Assembly (NCBI GenBank): GCA_964016885.1 | Contig: OZ024747.1 | Coordinates: forward strand, 37,262,001-37,326,000 | DNA length: 64,000 bases | From: Eledone cirrhosa | Taxonomy: Eukaryota | Direction: 5' to 3' | In this document: piece by piece, positions 16,451 to 30,974 of the stretch | Position numbering within the stretch: the stretch's first letter is position 1 | How the letters are laid out: every line of letters starts with the position of its first letter | Notes under the pieces: model-generated | The model's input: the letters and a program-made list of their open reading frames with translations, nothing else | The model's database searches: none | Told to the model about the DNA's origin: nothing | Position numbers and translations under genes: made by a program

Positions 16451-17465
16451 AAAATGTGGAGAAGGAACACATGAGTTGGAATATATATATAGAAAGAAAA
16501 AAACGATTATTAGGAAGGAAAATTTTTTTTTTTTCCCGTTATTTTTTTCCGGGGTTAGAAAATGTTTAAAACAAATTATTTTACTTTCTGTGAAGTGTCA
16601 AAACATTAATTCATTTATTTATTGATTTATTAACAATTATCGGCTTTAGCATTTTATGCATTTTCAAATTGTATGAGTGGAAGAGAAAAAAAAAGGAATT
16701 TGTGTTTGTATAAAATGTAGAACAGAAATTAAGGTGATGTTAAACATGTTAGATGAAGTAATGGGAAAGAGGAAATAATATTATTTACAAACATGGTTTA
16801 CAAAAATGCAGTGCAAATATTGTTTTTTAGGCGAGATTGCTAGAAAACGTTCCTTCTTTGAGGAGGCAAATGGCCGTCCGGGACTGGATGTGTTTTCCCT
16901 TTTTAGACAATTAATATGCAGGGGGAGAAAGAGAGGAGAGGGGGTAATTCATTTATTTAAGAAAATGGAATAGGCAGGGTGTTAGGGAGGTAACTCTTTA
17001 GAGAACACAGAAATTTGAGATATGGGTAGCGTAGAAATAGAAGTAAAATAGTCTCTTATGCGTGACTCTAGGGTTCACTGTTCATTCTAGTTTTAGTTTA
17101 GTCCATTTAAATTTGTTAATGAAGTACGTTTCCTTATTAGTGCGTTGGATGAAAGAAGCGTTGTCTATGAATTTGTAGATAGGGAAAATTCTAAAGTTTG
17201 GTAGTTGGTCAGGTCCACAGTTGGCGATATGTTGTTCACTAAGAGCAATCTCGTCTAAAAACAATATTTGCACTACATGTCTTCAAAAACCATGTTTGTA
17301 AATAATATTATTTCCTCTTTCCCATTACCTCCATTACTTCCTCTAACATGTTTAACATCACCTTAATTTCTGTTCTACATTTTGTACAAACACAAATTCC
17401 TTTTTTTTTCTGTCCCACTCACACAATTTGAAAATGCATAAAATGCTAAAACCGGTAATTGTTGA

Positions 17466-17498
<33 letters not shown>

Positions 17499-18900
17499 AA
17501 ATGTTATTGTTAATTAATAAATTAATTAATTAATGCTTTGACACTTCACAGAAAGTAAAATAATTTGTTTTAAACATTGTTTTCTAACATTGTTTTCTAA
17601 CCCCGGAAAAAAATTATTTTTCTTCCTAATAATTGTTTTTTTCTCTCTATATATATATATATATTCCAACTCGTGTGCTCCTTCTCCACATTTTATCATT
17701 ACTTACTCGCACACGAGATACAGAAAATGTCAACTAAAACAAAAGGAAACTCCACTCTCATTAACATAAATCAAGAGATACTCCCAGAACTGCAGAAAAT
17801 AAACACTAATTTGTCAATACTCGCCAACAAATTTAATTCAGCAAATAAAGAAACAATCCCCAAATACACATCCTATGAAATCATCGACAATATCAACAAC
17901 TTATGTGAAACAATAAAAACACACCTGAATAACAACACAAATTCCATTCAAGCAAACGAGAAACCACACGACACTAATACACTTACAACTTAACAAATAA
18001 AAAAACAAATTAATACCACAATGGAACACATCTCTTAAAAACAGGAAATTCCCCTTTTGGAAGATGATACAAAATAATAACAAAGCGTAGATCTATTAAA
18101 AAAGGATTAACTCATCCCCGTTAATCCTTCCCCGCAAACTACAAATTAAATCCATCCCAAACGAATCTGAGACACAAAGGCGCCTCAGGGAAAGAATGGC
18201 ACTTGATAACATAAAAACCGAAATTGAACTCCTTAAATTGAGAGCCCAAGCAAATGAAGATAGGATCAAATCAATCGACGATGAGATTAATCAAGCAATC
18301 ATCAATAAAACCAGACACCACCCTAGAAAATATTCCAAAACTATGGTTAGAGGACTGTAATAAGGAAGAATTAAAATCCCTTCAACGTTGGGAAATAAAC
18401 GTAACCTGGTTTTCTAACTATGAAACACTTTTCCAAAAAGAACACACATCCAACAACCCCTTCATTAAAACCATAATAACAAGAAAACCCAATCACCACC
18501 CAAACACCACACAACAACGAACAACAACAAAAGCACAATCCCTCCTCACATACCAAAAAAGGAAGGTATCACCTCGCCCCTACCTCCTACATCCACCACA
18601 TAGCTACCACACGGATTCCTCTGCAACAAATAAAGTAATAGAGAAACATCAGCTACAAGATAGACACTACAACTTCTCTCCCACCAGGAGATACCATAGA
18701 AACCCCCACCCTTACAACCTCCCTAACATCCCCACACAACAAACCCACAACCATCATTACTTTCAATATAGAACCCAAAATACACCACTACCACACATGC
18801 CACATAGGGTCACACAACCACACAAACTATAAGGAAGCCCTAATCTACCCTCCTCCACAAACCACATCCTACTACAACACCAGCAGGAGACAATACAACC
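16450..18900. mobile_element. Inverted Penelope-like insertion: minus-strand GIY-YIG C-terminus and pLTR, then plus-strand pLTR and decayed 5' ORF
   Basis: 17082-17273(-) encodes SEQHIANC..F.IFPIYK...R..KE.YFINKFK. Inverted repeat about 16450-16805 / 17290-17692. Decayed U3-A8 hammerheads at about 16635-16672(-) and 17423-17462(+). Confidence 0.7.
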
Positions 18901-18901
18901 A

Positions 18902-19145
18902 CTGAGGTTAGCTGGACATGCTCACCGACATCCAGAGTTGACATTGCACTCAATGCTCCTGTGGCAGCCCCTACATGGACACACTGGAAGACGAAGACCA
19001 AGGTTAACGTATGTTGATGCCCTAAGGACAGACACTGGTCTGTTGGAGACGCAGGACATGGCAGCGATAATCAGGGACAGACAGCGCTGGAGACAACTCG
19101 TCCATGGATCTCGGGAATTTTACCTGCCCTAGAATAGAATAGAAT
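18902..19145 (+). mobile_element. RTE-like LINE 3' fragment
   Basis: LRLAGHAHRH...LLWQP.HG..RRRPRLTYVD.L..DTG followed by a (tagaa)n tail. A related fragment is at about 49145-49320. Confidence 0.7.
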
Positions 19146-20895
19146 ATCGGGATGATTTACAGCCAGTTATACTGTAAGGTTGAATAAATATACATACATA
19201 GATTGCCTGTTAGATAATTTGGGAACGAGCCATGCAGGCATTTCAGTTACTGGTCATTTGATATACAAATAATAAATATATGTATTCATCTAAAGATTGC
19301 TGAATATTTGTATCGTCTGGGGTCACCCTTCTAACTCGTTTCTGTTTAACACGAAATTTAGCTTATTGCTACATTGTTTTGTAGCCAAAGACATATCAAA
19401 ACTTTCTGACATGCGTATGATATGAAATTGTATCCAATATTTAATTTTGTGGCTTATTTATTTGAATACCGACGAGCTGTCTAATTGTTGACTATAGAAT
19501 CACCAGCAGCATTACTTCAGCTAGTTTTCTAGAGTGCTGTCGACGATGTTCACTTTATTACATTCTTGTACAAATAGGACAGAGCGCTAGGAAAAATATG
19601 TCTTTCGACTGGAAATTATTTGTCAATATTATTCCACGACAAGGATTTAAAGCGGCTACATTTTCAGTTTAATATTCAGTACTATTACTGTTATGAAACT
19701 CACGAATATACAAGAAATTGGCAAATCAAAACAATGGAATATTATATAATATAGATGCAGAATATTATGCAAGAAAGAGTTAATTCGGCCTAATGCTTCT
19801 CAATAAACTGATATGCATGTAGTGATATATTACGAGGATGGTTGACTGGATTGTAGCCAGAGGAACTACGATTTAAAGGGGCTCAAAAGTGTTATTCTTT
19901 CGTTATTTATGAAATATTCAGGTAGGGGTCCCAATTCTAAAATCTATCACGAATTTTCTGTGTTGCCAAATGAAAATGTTCAAAAGCAATTGAATTTTTC
20001 AAAGAGAGAGGTTAGAAAATGAACTAAAATTTCCATTTTGCAGCTAATAGAAGAGCTATTTATTAAATTTAAAAATGATAACTAATTACTAACATGTGTG
20101 TAAAATAACTGCCAAAAGTATTACCGGTGAGAAATGTTAATATGTATGCAGTGTTTATTTATAGAGTGGAATAAACCTCCTATACAACAGGAGGTATCGA
20201 GTGGTTTATTGCTAAGTGAAATGCTTTTCAAATTGCATTATTCTCTCATCCCGCCGAACTTAGCTTTGTCTTTCATCCTTCCGGGGTCGATAAAATAAAG
20301 TACCAGTAACGCACTGGAGTCGATTTAATTAACTTTCTCCTCCCTACAATTGTTGGCCTTGTGTTTAAATTAGAAACTATTATTCTCTCCCGAATTATAC
20401 GTGAAATTATAATGAAACGAAACTGATTTACTTTTTCTTTTATGTTTTATAGTTCTGATTTGTGTCTTCTCTCGTAAATTGTTAAAAGCTTTAGATAAAC
20501 ACCCTATATGAATACGTTTTAATATTTATATGATTTATAAATGAGATAGTAATTTTCAAATTATTTTTAACAACATAAATAGCAATATACACAATGTTAC
20601 AGTCATGTTTGTTTGTTTTTTCTAGAAAATGTGAGCTTGATATTTTGTAATCATTTTAAACTACAACGTACTCAATACGAAACATAATTTAATGTTTTTT
20701 AAGTAATGACAATGTCTTTTCCAGACATTTAACTCAAAGAAAGGGGTGCTGTGCATTCGTCACCAAAGAAACACTTACGAATATGTAATGAACAAGGTAT
20801 TAGAAGTTTCGCATTGTTCTGCATTTTGATTTGGCAATTAACTATGTCTCTTAATCTTATAAAACATCCCAACCATCAATAAACTGGCATATATG

Positions 20896-20926
<31 letters not shown>

Positions 20927-21554
20927 CATGTTGTATAAGTGATTTATTTCTCACTTTACAGCACTAATACAGAATATTTGCTATTAATAATATTTTGGTA
21001 GTATATCATTTTGGCATTCATTTACAAAACCTAGTGGTAATAATGGCAATGGGATTTTTAAAAAGTTCAACAAGCCAAGCCAAAAGGAATTTGTAAATAT
21101 TCCTAATAATTTTGGTTGAAAATATCATCTTCAAAAGTCGATAACCTTTGTTTATTGCTTTCATTCTCATTCTTAGTACTGAATGTGGTCATTTACTTCA
21201 TTGAATTTACTGAGCATGTTAGTAATGGATAGTCTTAGGGGTTGGGGTGCCCTCGAAATGTCCAGTGGTTCAGGATTCGTGGGGTACATGAGTCGCCCCT
21301 GAGTGGTTATCCACCCTATTAGGGAATGTAATTTTCTAATAAAGTTTATTGTTATTTATGTTGTTTACACGTTGATATATGTAAAACCCTCACTGTCCCT
21401 GTCTTTGTATTGTCCTCTATATGTCGGCCTTTGTCGCCAATATTATAAACAAATATTTTTTTCTGTTTCCTTCCTTTTCTTTTTCTTTTTTCCTTTTTCT
21501 TCTCCTTTGTATTCTTCATTTTATTCCATTATGTTATTCCCACTTATTCCAGGG

Positions 21555-21860
21555 AGGAACATGGAAGCTGACTCCTCAAACAATCCTTCCAGTAGGTCCT
21601 GTCAGAAGCAACTACCTCCAATTGATCCAGCTGGATCCCCAAACGAGACCAACTGAGCTCATGGATGTTATTCAGCCATCTTGTTCGTGGTCTGTCCCCT
21701 GTGTCTCCTGTTAGATGGTTTTTCTCGTAACATCTGTCCACCGGTTCTCTCCCGAAACATTCTAACAACACGCCCGTAGTATCGGATCTATTATCTCTAA
21801 AGCTAGCTGATGAACAGTATGGTTTTCGCCATGGCGGTAGCACAGCCGGAGGCAAGAGTA
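21555..21860 (-). mobile_element. RTE-like LINE 3' fragment
   Basis: RPRTRWLNNIHELSWSRLGI...VASDR..W. A homologous fragment is at about 44600-45050(-). Confidence 0.65.
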
Positions 21861-21899
21861 TTTCCAAAAGGTGTATGTATGCTTCGTAGAGCTCGGTTA

Positions 21900-23150
21900 T
21901 TTTCCTTTCCGTTATTAATTCTGCAGTTTTTCTTAGTAACCTGCAGGCAAGATATAGTTGGAGATCTAAATATCCTCGTAGATGATATTGTAAAAGATTC
22001 ACTTTGTTTAGTGGCAGTAGTAAGATAAGGGCAGTAGATTTAATCAATAGGGAAAATATATATATAACTTAGATTTCTCTAAATTCTTAGATTCAAACAC
22101 ATACACCTGCTGAACTTGAAATAAAGCAGGATTCAAAAACAAAATTTACAACATATTTTTATTGTCTTTGTACACATTGTGCAGACTTTAAGCTGTATAA
22201 TTCTTTTCTCTTGAGTTCACAATTCTAACGTGAGTTTTTAGTTCTAGCCATTGGTTTACAATAGCAACTGGTTGCACAATTGTTCAACATTTTTAGAGGA
22301 AATTTATATGCATTGAAAACTTCAAAGAATTGCTTGTGTGTTGCTTGTCTCGATGAGTGTGAAAACTAGTTATATGCTTCAGCAATCAAAAATTCTACGT
22401 TTCCAGGAAGAGATTCTGCTAAAGTATAAGACATGGCCAATTGCAATGAATAGCAGACACACCTAATTAGAATTTGGATGGAATTTCTGTCTTCAACTTT
22501 TCCTACACTCTATTATTAACTCCAACTATAACACTTTCATTGTCTGTATCAATAGCAATCAACTTTTTTTTTATGTATATTCTGCTTGAAGTTCACAAAT
22601 TCTTTTTTCAAAGCATTTACGATGCTATTAGCATCACAATTTTGTAGAATAACTAAGGAAAGTATGAATAACTTTTTCTTACTTCTTGCTGAAATACATA
22701 ATAGCAATTTTTAAGAGTGTTTTAACTGAAGTTTCATAGTTTTATCTAGTAAGAAGCCGAATCTGCCATTTCCAATAACACCAATTAGATCTTCTCAAAA
22801 ATATTGACTAAGAATATTTTTTTTATAATAGCAGAGCGTTTACTGCCGTGCATTTTCACGTGCAGCATCATTTGACTATTTTAGACAACATTTTAAAAAT
22901 GATCTACTAAGCGATCACATGTTTTGGTTGATGAGAGACAACAAATATATAATGCAACACGACCTTCGACTTTTGCACTGTTATTTTATTTCTGCACCAA
23001 TAAATTTCTCAGAACTGTCTGATAAAGAAATGTAGTGTTTTTTTTTTTGTTTTTTTGTTTTTTTACTGTGATTCCTTAACAGTCAATTCTTTACTACTAT
23101 ATCACATCTATTGTGCTTTTGATTACCACCAGACACTTCACATAATGAAT
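21900..23150 (-). pseudogene. Decayed hAT-family DDE transposase
   Basis: Minus-strand remnants FLLDKT, IAIDTDNESVIVGVNN, RCVCYSLQLA (CxxH-like), LIAEAYN*FSHSSRQ, NQWLELK; many stops. Confidence 0.7.
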
Positions 23151-26100
23151 TATTCTTCATACACAATCAGTCTTTTTTTTATTTCTGTGTAAATGGCTTT
23201 TTTCATACTTATACTCGTTTTGAAGGATATAATAAATCGAACTATCGAAATAATTTAGTGATTTTGAATAAAGTAGTTTAGTTAATACGAAGCATTGTGA
23301 GATATATAATAACGAGGAGAAAAGTTTCAAAAATACGATACAATGGGGTAAAAACATATAAATAGCGAACGATAAAAAATAAAAATGCATAGACGGTTGT
23401 CCCCCTTGCTTCTGCTGGACATCACCAGAGGGCGTTAGCCCCGTGGTGTTTGCCTAGCTACGGCTTCCTAAAACAGTATTTCCGAGGAGATACGAAATAT
23501 TTATCCATATTGTATAAAGCTATGATTGAAGCGAAATCCTATTTCTTTTTTAAAACAAGGTAATGTTTTACCCAGTATATTTCAACATATTTTAGGGCTC
23601 TTACACTCTTTTCAAATGTGAAACGGAAACGGTTAAAAAAGTAAAAACAAATGATCGATGTGCTCTTTCTTAACTGGTCTACGTGTCTAGTACACATCGA
23701 TCGTTCATTTTTGTTTTGAACCGATTCCGTTTCAAATTTGAAAAGGGAGTGGTATCCCTGAAATATCATGTTGGAATATCATAGGTAAAACGTTACTTTG
23801 CTTTGTTTCATCAATGATTTGGGTTTTAATGTACGACCATTGCTTTGTCAAATTGGTATAAATAAATAGATTTTTTTTATCTCTGATGCTAGGATGTGGC
23901 CAGCTTCAAGTGAAATTTTTAATACGACTAAAAACTGTTACTGTTTGTTTTGATTTGCTGATACTGTTTTGTAGTTGTTGTTGTTGTAACTGCTGCTGCT
24001 GTTGCTGTTATTATTGTTGTCATAAAGGATATTTTTGTGGCAATTAAAACAATTATTCTTGTTATTCAAAACAAACCACTCAAAACATAATTCTTAATTG
24101 AACCTCACCAAAAAATCACTTATGACAACAGATAAATACACCAACAAAACAACTAACAACAAAATTACTCCTTAATTGCAATATCGAAACAAAATTCTTG
24201 TTCCGACTACAGTTTGATGAAGTATAATTGTCACAGTAAAAACAATACTGCAAGTTAACTGGAACCAATTGGGCCTCACTTATATAGAAATTGAACATTT
24301 TCTAAGCTCATTACAAATACTCATATTCATGTTTATTTTCCCTTGTTTGAATTAAAAAAATGATACAAAAGAGCCAGATTAAAAAATTGGAGCTATGTGT
24401 TAGATACATAATTAGGTGATAGAAGATAAAATATTACATTTAGCTCCAAAAGAGCTAAATTGACCACACTTCACCAATTACAGACTATTCCAGCTTGTGG
24501 TTACACTTCATTCTCCATCCATTAAAACAACAGAACCTCTAATTTGAAAGTACTTTTTATTTAGCTAGTCCTAATATGAGACGGGTTTTAAACAAATCCC
24601 CAAAACATTGAATTACTTTTGCAAGTTTCCATAAATATGTTCTATTTTCCCATTTTTGTTCATACTGCTATAAAAGGAGGGCCTATAATTCCTACACAAC
24701 CTACACATGTCCTACACAAGAACCATTTAATAAACATGGATACAAGAACATATGAATATACGCATCTCTTTGTTCATATACATGTAAATAAGAAAATAGG
24801 ACCACCAAACACCTAAATCTGAATGCAGATACATATAGAACAAATGCAAGGTAATAATATGTAAAGTATAAACAATACACTATAAAAACAAAGCCAACAA
24901 TAAACAAAACACTCAGGGGAGAAGACCATTGCATGCCAAACTCATAACTAATACACTGATTGAAACAAAACTAACTACAAACTAAATGTCTATACTAGAA
25001 CCAAGATAGTAGCCATAATTCCTACCACAGATATCATCCCTATTTCCTGACTCATACTCTGTAATCCTGCTCTAAATACCAGTATGGGGAAGACAGACGT
25101 TTTGAAGCTGCAGCTGTCATATTACACAGTTTCTATATAAGAATAAACAATAAAAAATATTTATTATTATCTTATTATTGCTGTGTAGTTAAAATCTGTA
25201 CTTTGTATAATATATGAACAACTGTTTTATATCACTTCCTATATCATATAAAACATTTAAACAATGACGTATAGAAAATATAGTATTAAATTATTTTATA
25301 CTTGTAAATAACATTATGTATTTATTGTCCATTCTGCATAGTCATACAACATTTTATTCACTATAGGTTCGCTTATTGCATACACTGATCATACGTCATA
25401 AGTCTAGTTTTATGTAATGAATGTGGTATGGCCAAATATAAGTTAACAACAACTCAAACTTGGTTTTAAGTCCTGATTGAAACAATTTTCTCTCCTTAAC
25501 TTCCGTCACTCACAATACTTGAAATACTGAACTTTTTAATATAAAAATGATTTAAGGAAAATGTTAAGCTTTCTGTAAGAAATATTATGAACTACTTCAG
25601 GATATGCATTTTTATTTGGAAGCTTATACTAGTATTATAATGTAGCAAATTAGCAGTCACTGGAACATTGGATCAAGTGATTTGCAGTATTCATTCTGGC
25701 TGTCTGGGCTCTGAATTCAAATTCTTCTGAGGTAAACATTGTCTTTCATCCGTTCAAAATCAATAAAGAAAATGTACTAGCCCAGTACTGAGGTCAATTC
25801 TTCTATTTTTTCACTTCCTCTCTATCTATCTCTCTTCTCAGGAAAAAATTAGTTCTTAGACTCTACCACGTTTAAAATGCCCAACACACACCATATGTCT
25901 CTATAGCACCCTTATGGCTCTATCAGGAGTTATGTGTCAATATATACATATAGAGGCAGTGAATTGGCAGAGTAATTAGATCGTCAGGTAGAATGCTTTG
26001 TGGAATTTATTCTAGCTATCTGCTCTCTGAGTTCAAATCTCACCAACAAGGTCAACATAGCATTTCATCCATTCATGTTGATAAAAAAAAAGTACTAGTC

Positions 26101-29100
26101 TAGTACTGGGATTGATTCCTGTTCTATATCTTTTTCTCACTTCCTCTCTGTTACTTTCTATGCTTCTCTGGAAGGAATTTGATGTACTCAGACGGATGGG
26201 CTCTGCCAGGCTTAAATATGCTCAGGAAACATTATATGGTGCCCCTTCGACTCCAATAGGAGTTACAGGATCTTACTATATGATATACATACAAACCAAT
26301 GATATGATTGTCTTACGATAGCTTGAAATATTGTTAATAGACTTCCTGAATACTACAATGGAATATATACTTGTATATACTACAGCAATTCACAGTATCA
26401 CTCAACAAAAATTACAGTTCCTTGTTTTTGTTTTACACAAAAAACATAAGTATATAGAACCCATTAACCTGGAATATAAAGTCTACAGGAAATAAATCAA
26501 AGACAACATTATTTTTTATACTTTTGATATTTATTTATATACTTTGAATTAAGGTATATTTATAAATTGTAAAAAAAACATATAATTGAATGATAAATTA
26601 TTATAAATGTGTTATCAAAAATTAAATCAATGTTCATTTTGTATGTGGGATTGGAGTTTTGACGTTCAACTTAATCAACGGTTCCTTAAGTCAATAAAAA
26701 TATTCAGAATATTTATTTCTTAAAAGTACCATGAAATACATGCCTCCACTTCTGCAATTAAAACCATTTTGTTTTCAGAATTACAGTAGTAAAAAGGTAA
26801 CAAATCCCATGATCTTTCTAATCCTAACTGTAATCCTATGATTTTTCTTTTTATATCACTGTTAACATCATACAAACAATTTTCATTAATGGTTTTGTCT
26901 GGATAATTACTAATACACAATGTTTAAAGGGCAGTGTTTCTGGAAAGAACACTTAGGTTTAAATCTATGCAAAGGTAGTAGGCCAGACATGAAATACATG
27001 TCTCATTTTAACAGGAAACAAACCTCACGATTGCAAGCCCAATGCTCTAACCACTAAGCAATATGCTTTCACATGTACGTGTAGTGTAAATGATATACTT
27101 ACAAGCAACAGAAAATAAAACAAGTAGAACAATTATTTAAAATGGTAATTCATTATCAAAAGCTCACAATCTTAAGCTATCCAAACCAACTGACTCGGCT
27201 GTGTTCAAATATAATATCTACTAGATTACAAATTTTATGGTAGAGTCCCAAGCTTGACTGAAAATTTGGGATACTTGTAATATACAAATAAGCAATTAAA
27301 ATTTCTTTAAAAAAAAAGTACACTTTTGATAATGTTGCCTTGGTTGAACTGGATGTTCACAGCTTTGAACATCTTTGATCATGTATGAGGATCAGCTGAA
27401 AAGTTCATAGGCTGACTATGAAAGATTGAAGCAAGAGCTGTGAAATCTTACAGGCATTAATTTCAACTCTTCTTAATAATAACAGCATTGTTTTTCAAAA
27501 AGAAAAAACTTCCTTTGAGATCATTCCATGAGAGTATCTTGTATATGTTTAATAAGAGTTAAGGTGGATGTTAAACAATAACAACAACTAAATGTCCTCA
27601 GTTAGCTCTGTTTGACAAAACCATGGATAATCAATGTCTTGTTTTCATTTTGTACAAATGGGGTGTCAATTAGAAAAATAATACCCATTAGGTCCTAATA
27701 GCAATGAGGCAGTCTCCAATTAGATGTTCATAACAAAATCTAATTGAGGAATTGCTATTTCTTTCAAGAGACACAAATTTTGCATGTTAATATTGTGAAA
27801 ATTTTCCCTATTAAAATCCCATTAGATAATGCAGTAAAAACTGTAAAATTGTAACGAAGTTGCAAATCATAAGGTACTATAACAATTAACCCCAATGGCA
27901 AAAGTCTAATCTTACAAGAAAAGAAATAGGGGGAAGGGACAATACCACAAGGAACATGTGAAATGAACTGAACTAATGTATTATTGAGGAACATTTAATA
28001 GAAATTAGTAAGAAGAAACATAAAGTTATGCTTCTGTATAAATCTTTTTAATATTGGTTTATGGCTTAAATCCTAATCTATTCTCAAGGAGCTTAAATGC
28101 CTTTCACACACTGTAATGAAAGAAATGATTATTAATTGTCTAGAAATAGAGAAAATGAAGTGACTATATTTGACACTTCCATTAAACAGTTAGAGCTCTC
28201 AAATGAAATTGATGCTTGTCATATTAAACAAGCTTCATAAATGCCAGCAGACATGATTACTTTATAAATATATAATGTCTCTATAATTTATTCATTTATT
28301 CTAGAAACAGAATAAATTTAATCTATTGACTTTAGGAACAACTTTTATAAATATATATACATGTGTGTGAGTGTAAGGATATAGGTGTGTATGTGTGAGT
28401 GTAAGGATGTATGTGTGTATGTGTGAGTGTAAGGATATATGTGTGTATGTGTGAGTGTAAGGATATATGTGTGTATGTGTGAGTGTAAGGATATATGTGT
28501 GTATGCATATGAATATCAGCACTTGTGTATTACAATCACATGAATTCACAAACTCATATACATAATATATTATATGCAGAAATATATATGCACATAAGAA
28601 AACGTACTTGTGTGTGTGTGTGATGCCGATATGTTTACACACATATATATGAAAACTTTTAAATTTACAAGCACCAACGTGTGTGTATGTGATGCCGATA
28701 TGTTTACACACATATATATGAAAACTTTTAAATTTACAAGCACCAACGTGTGTATGAGTGTTTGTGATACCTATATGTTTATCTGCAGGAGTGAAATTAC
28801 CTAAATTTGTTAGCTTGTATGTGTCTATGTACATGAATGTATGTGGGTGGGTGTGAATGTACGTAGGTGTGAATGTGAATGAGTGTGAGTGTGCATGTGT
28901 ATGTGAACACACACATATGTGTTTATTATGTATCTACGGTCAAGTTATCCACAACTATTGCCAATAAATGCTCAAACAACTTCTTAGATATAAGAACTAG
29001 GACTCTTGTTTAAAATTTTACTGCAAGAATACTAAATCAATATCAAAACCAACCATGTTATTTGGTTAAATGTTATGTATGATGGGCAGTTATAATTGTA

Positions 29101-30422
29101 TATATTATAGTTGAAATCATGAAAAATAAAATCATGAATTAAACTTGTAATAAAAAAAAACGATGGAAACCTCTTTTTTAATGTCAACAATATTAAAAGA
29201 AGTAAAAATTTAAATATATTAGAATGCTGTGAAGAAAAAAAGATATTTCTTTACTCAAGGCACACTAACTGAGCACCACAAGTAATTTCTAGTTTTACCA
29301 ATTATGTTTTGGAATATTATTTTGTTATTTCGGAGTTGTGATTGTCTGGTAAGGGACTTGGTCTGAGACTGTTGAAACTAAAGAAATTATTTCATGTGAG
29401 AAGCACAAGTGGAAGTTTCACTGATAGAAATTTTGTTACCCCAAAATAAATGGTGACTTAAACAGTTTTTGTGATTGTTTTTTTCTAAAGGTTAAAAGAT
29501 TATTCCATGATATGAGAGCAATATTTTATTTCTTTTCTATGTGTGTGTGTGTGTGCATGTGTGTACATATGTGTAGTTTTAACCTGTTTAGTTTTGTTTC
29601 TTTTCCTGTTTGCAGTGGGAAAATTCAAATGTTTAATTAAAAGTAATGTTGGTCAGGTCAGGGTTCTGCCTGCTACTGATACAATGTAACCCAGTACAAC
29701 CTGCTTCATAATTGAGTGGTCAGCTACTAAACTGGTTCCCTCACCAGACCCTAGTTTGGAGGACAAGTGGAGCTCCAGCACCAAAAACAAGAGCTGATAA
29801 AAGGGTTAATGAACTCCTCAGAATCAATGGCCATCAACACCAACTATTAGTTAAATAGCCTCACCAAACTGCAATTGACCAAGTGGGGTGAGTATGGCTA
29901 TACCTTTCACATGACCAAAACCAAACAGAAAGCAGTGGAAGTCAACTAGGGAGGGGTTTCTTCAACAGGAGTGAGAAGGCCCTAGATTGAGTTGGATTGG
30001 GATCTGGGCATTGGTTGTAAATTGAAATTATTGCTAAAATGAACATCAAGTTGTAAGGCATTTGCTGTAGTCACAATACAATAAGATGCCCTTCCACCAA
30101 CAATTATTTCTATCATGTAAGAAAACCGAAACAAATAGAGTTATGTGTTGATCCCAGGCATACAACACATTCCAGCACCTTAACCCCACAGCCAAATTAC
30201 CAGTGAATGAAATTTATTTAATTTTGTCCTCATTTTTCCTAAATTCCACTGTGTAAAAATGTTCTTACTTTAAACAATAATTGTATATATTATAGTTGAA
30301 ATTGTAAACTTCTAAAATAACTAAAATGAAAAAATTCTTAAATCTTTCATCCTTATCTCTATTAAAATTAAAAAAAATTAAAAACCATTACCAAATTATT
30401 TGATAAAACTTTGACATCTACC

Positions 30423-30598
30423 ATTGGAATTATATAAACATATACCTTTATATGTGTTTGTTTGTGTGTTATAATATAAACAGTTGAAATATTTTTATTT
30501 TTATTTAATAATTGGAATTATATAAACATATACCTTTATATGTGTTTGTTTGTGTGTTATAATATAATCAGTTGAAATATTTTTATTTTTATTTAATA
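30423..30598. repeat. 88-bp tandem duplication in the SLC19A 3' region
   Basis: attggaattatataaac... starts at 30423 and 30511. Confidence 0.9.
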
Positions 30599-30691
30599 AA
30601 ACCAGAAACCAGAAAAGACATCCCTTTCAAAAAATATTTATATAATTTTATCATATATAAATACTTTTTGAAAGGGAGGTCTTTTCTGGTT

Positions 30692-30802
30692 TTATTTATC
30701 TTCACAGATTAAAACTTTTTGCTTTCTTTTATAGAAGTAATAAAATATCCTGACAAGGAATGGTAATGCCAGAACACCAAAGTAGCCACCATATACAAGG
30801 AA
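30692..30802 (-). CDS. SLC19A: SLC19A transporter terminal coding exon (not in the ORF track)
   Basis: Acceptor tctttcAG, phase 0. FLVYGGYFGVLALPFLVRIFYYFYKRKQKVLICEDK* matches the SLC19A TM12 Q-FLVYGGYF motif. TAA at 30694-30692. Confidence 0.88.
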   Translation of the reverse strand, partial: FLVYGGYFGVLALPFLVRIFYYFYKRKQKVLICEDK

Positions 30803-30974
30803 CTGAAAGATAGAAAATATATTTTAGAATTAAGCTGATAGTAAAATATACTTAATAAAGAAAAACATTGTATTATACTATATTTTTTAATATATTATAT
30901 AAAATAACTAACTAGGTTGTTACCCATCACTATGCTGCCAGTAAAATACACATACAAACAACCCAAAAATATTA

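Noticed and set aside
19250-21300. Possible further DNA-transposon coding remnants
   Set aside because: I could not recover a convincing transposase motif by eye.
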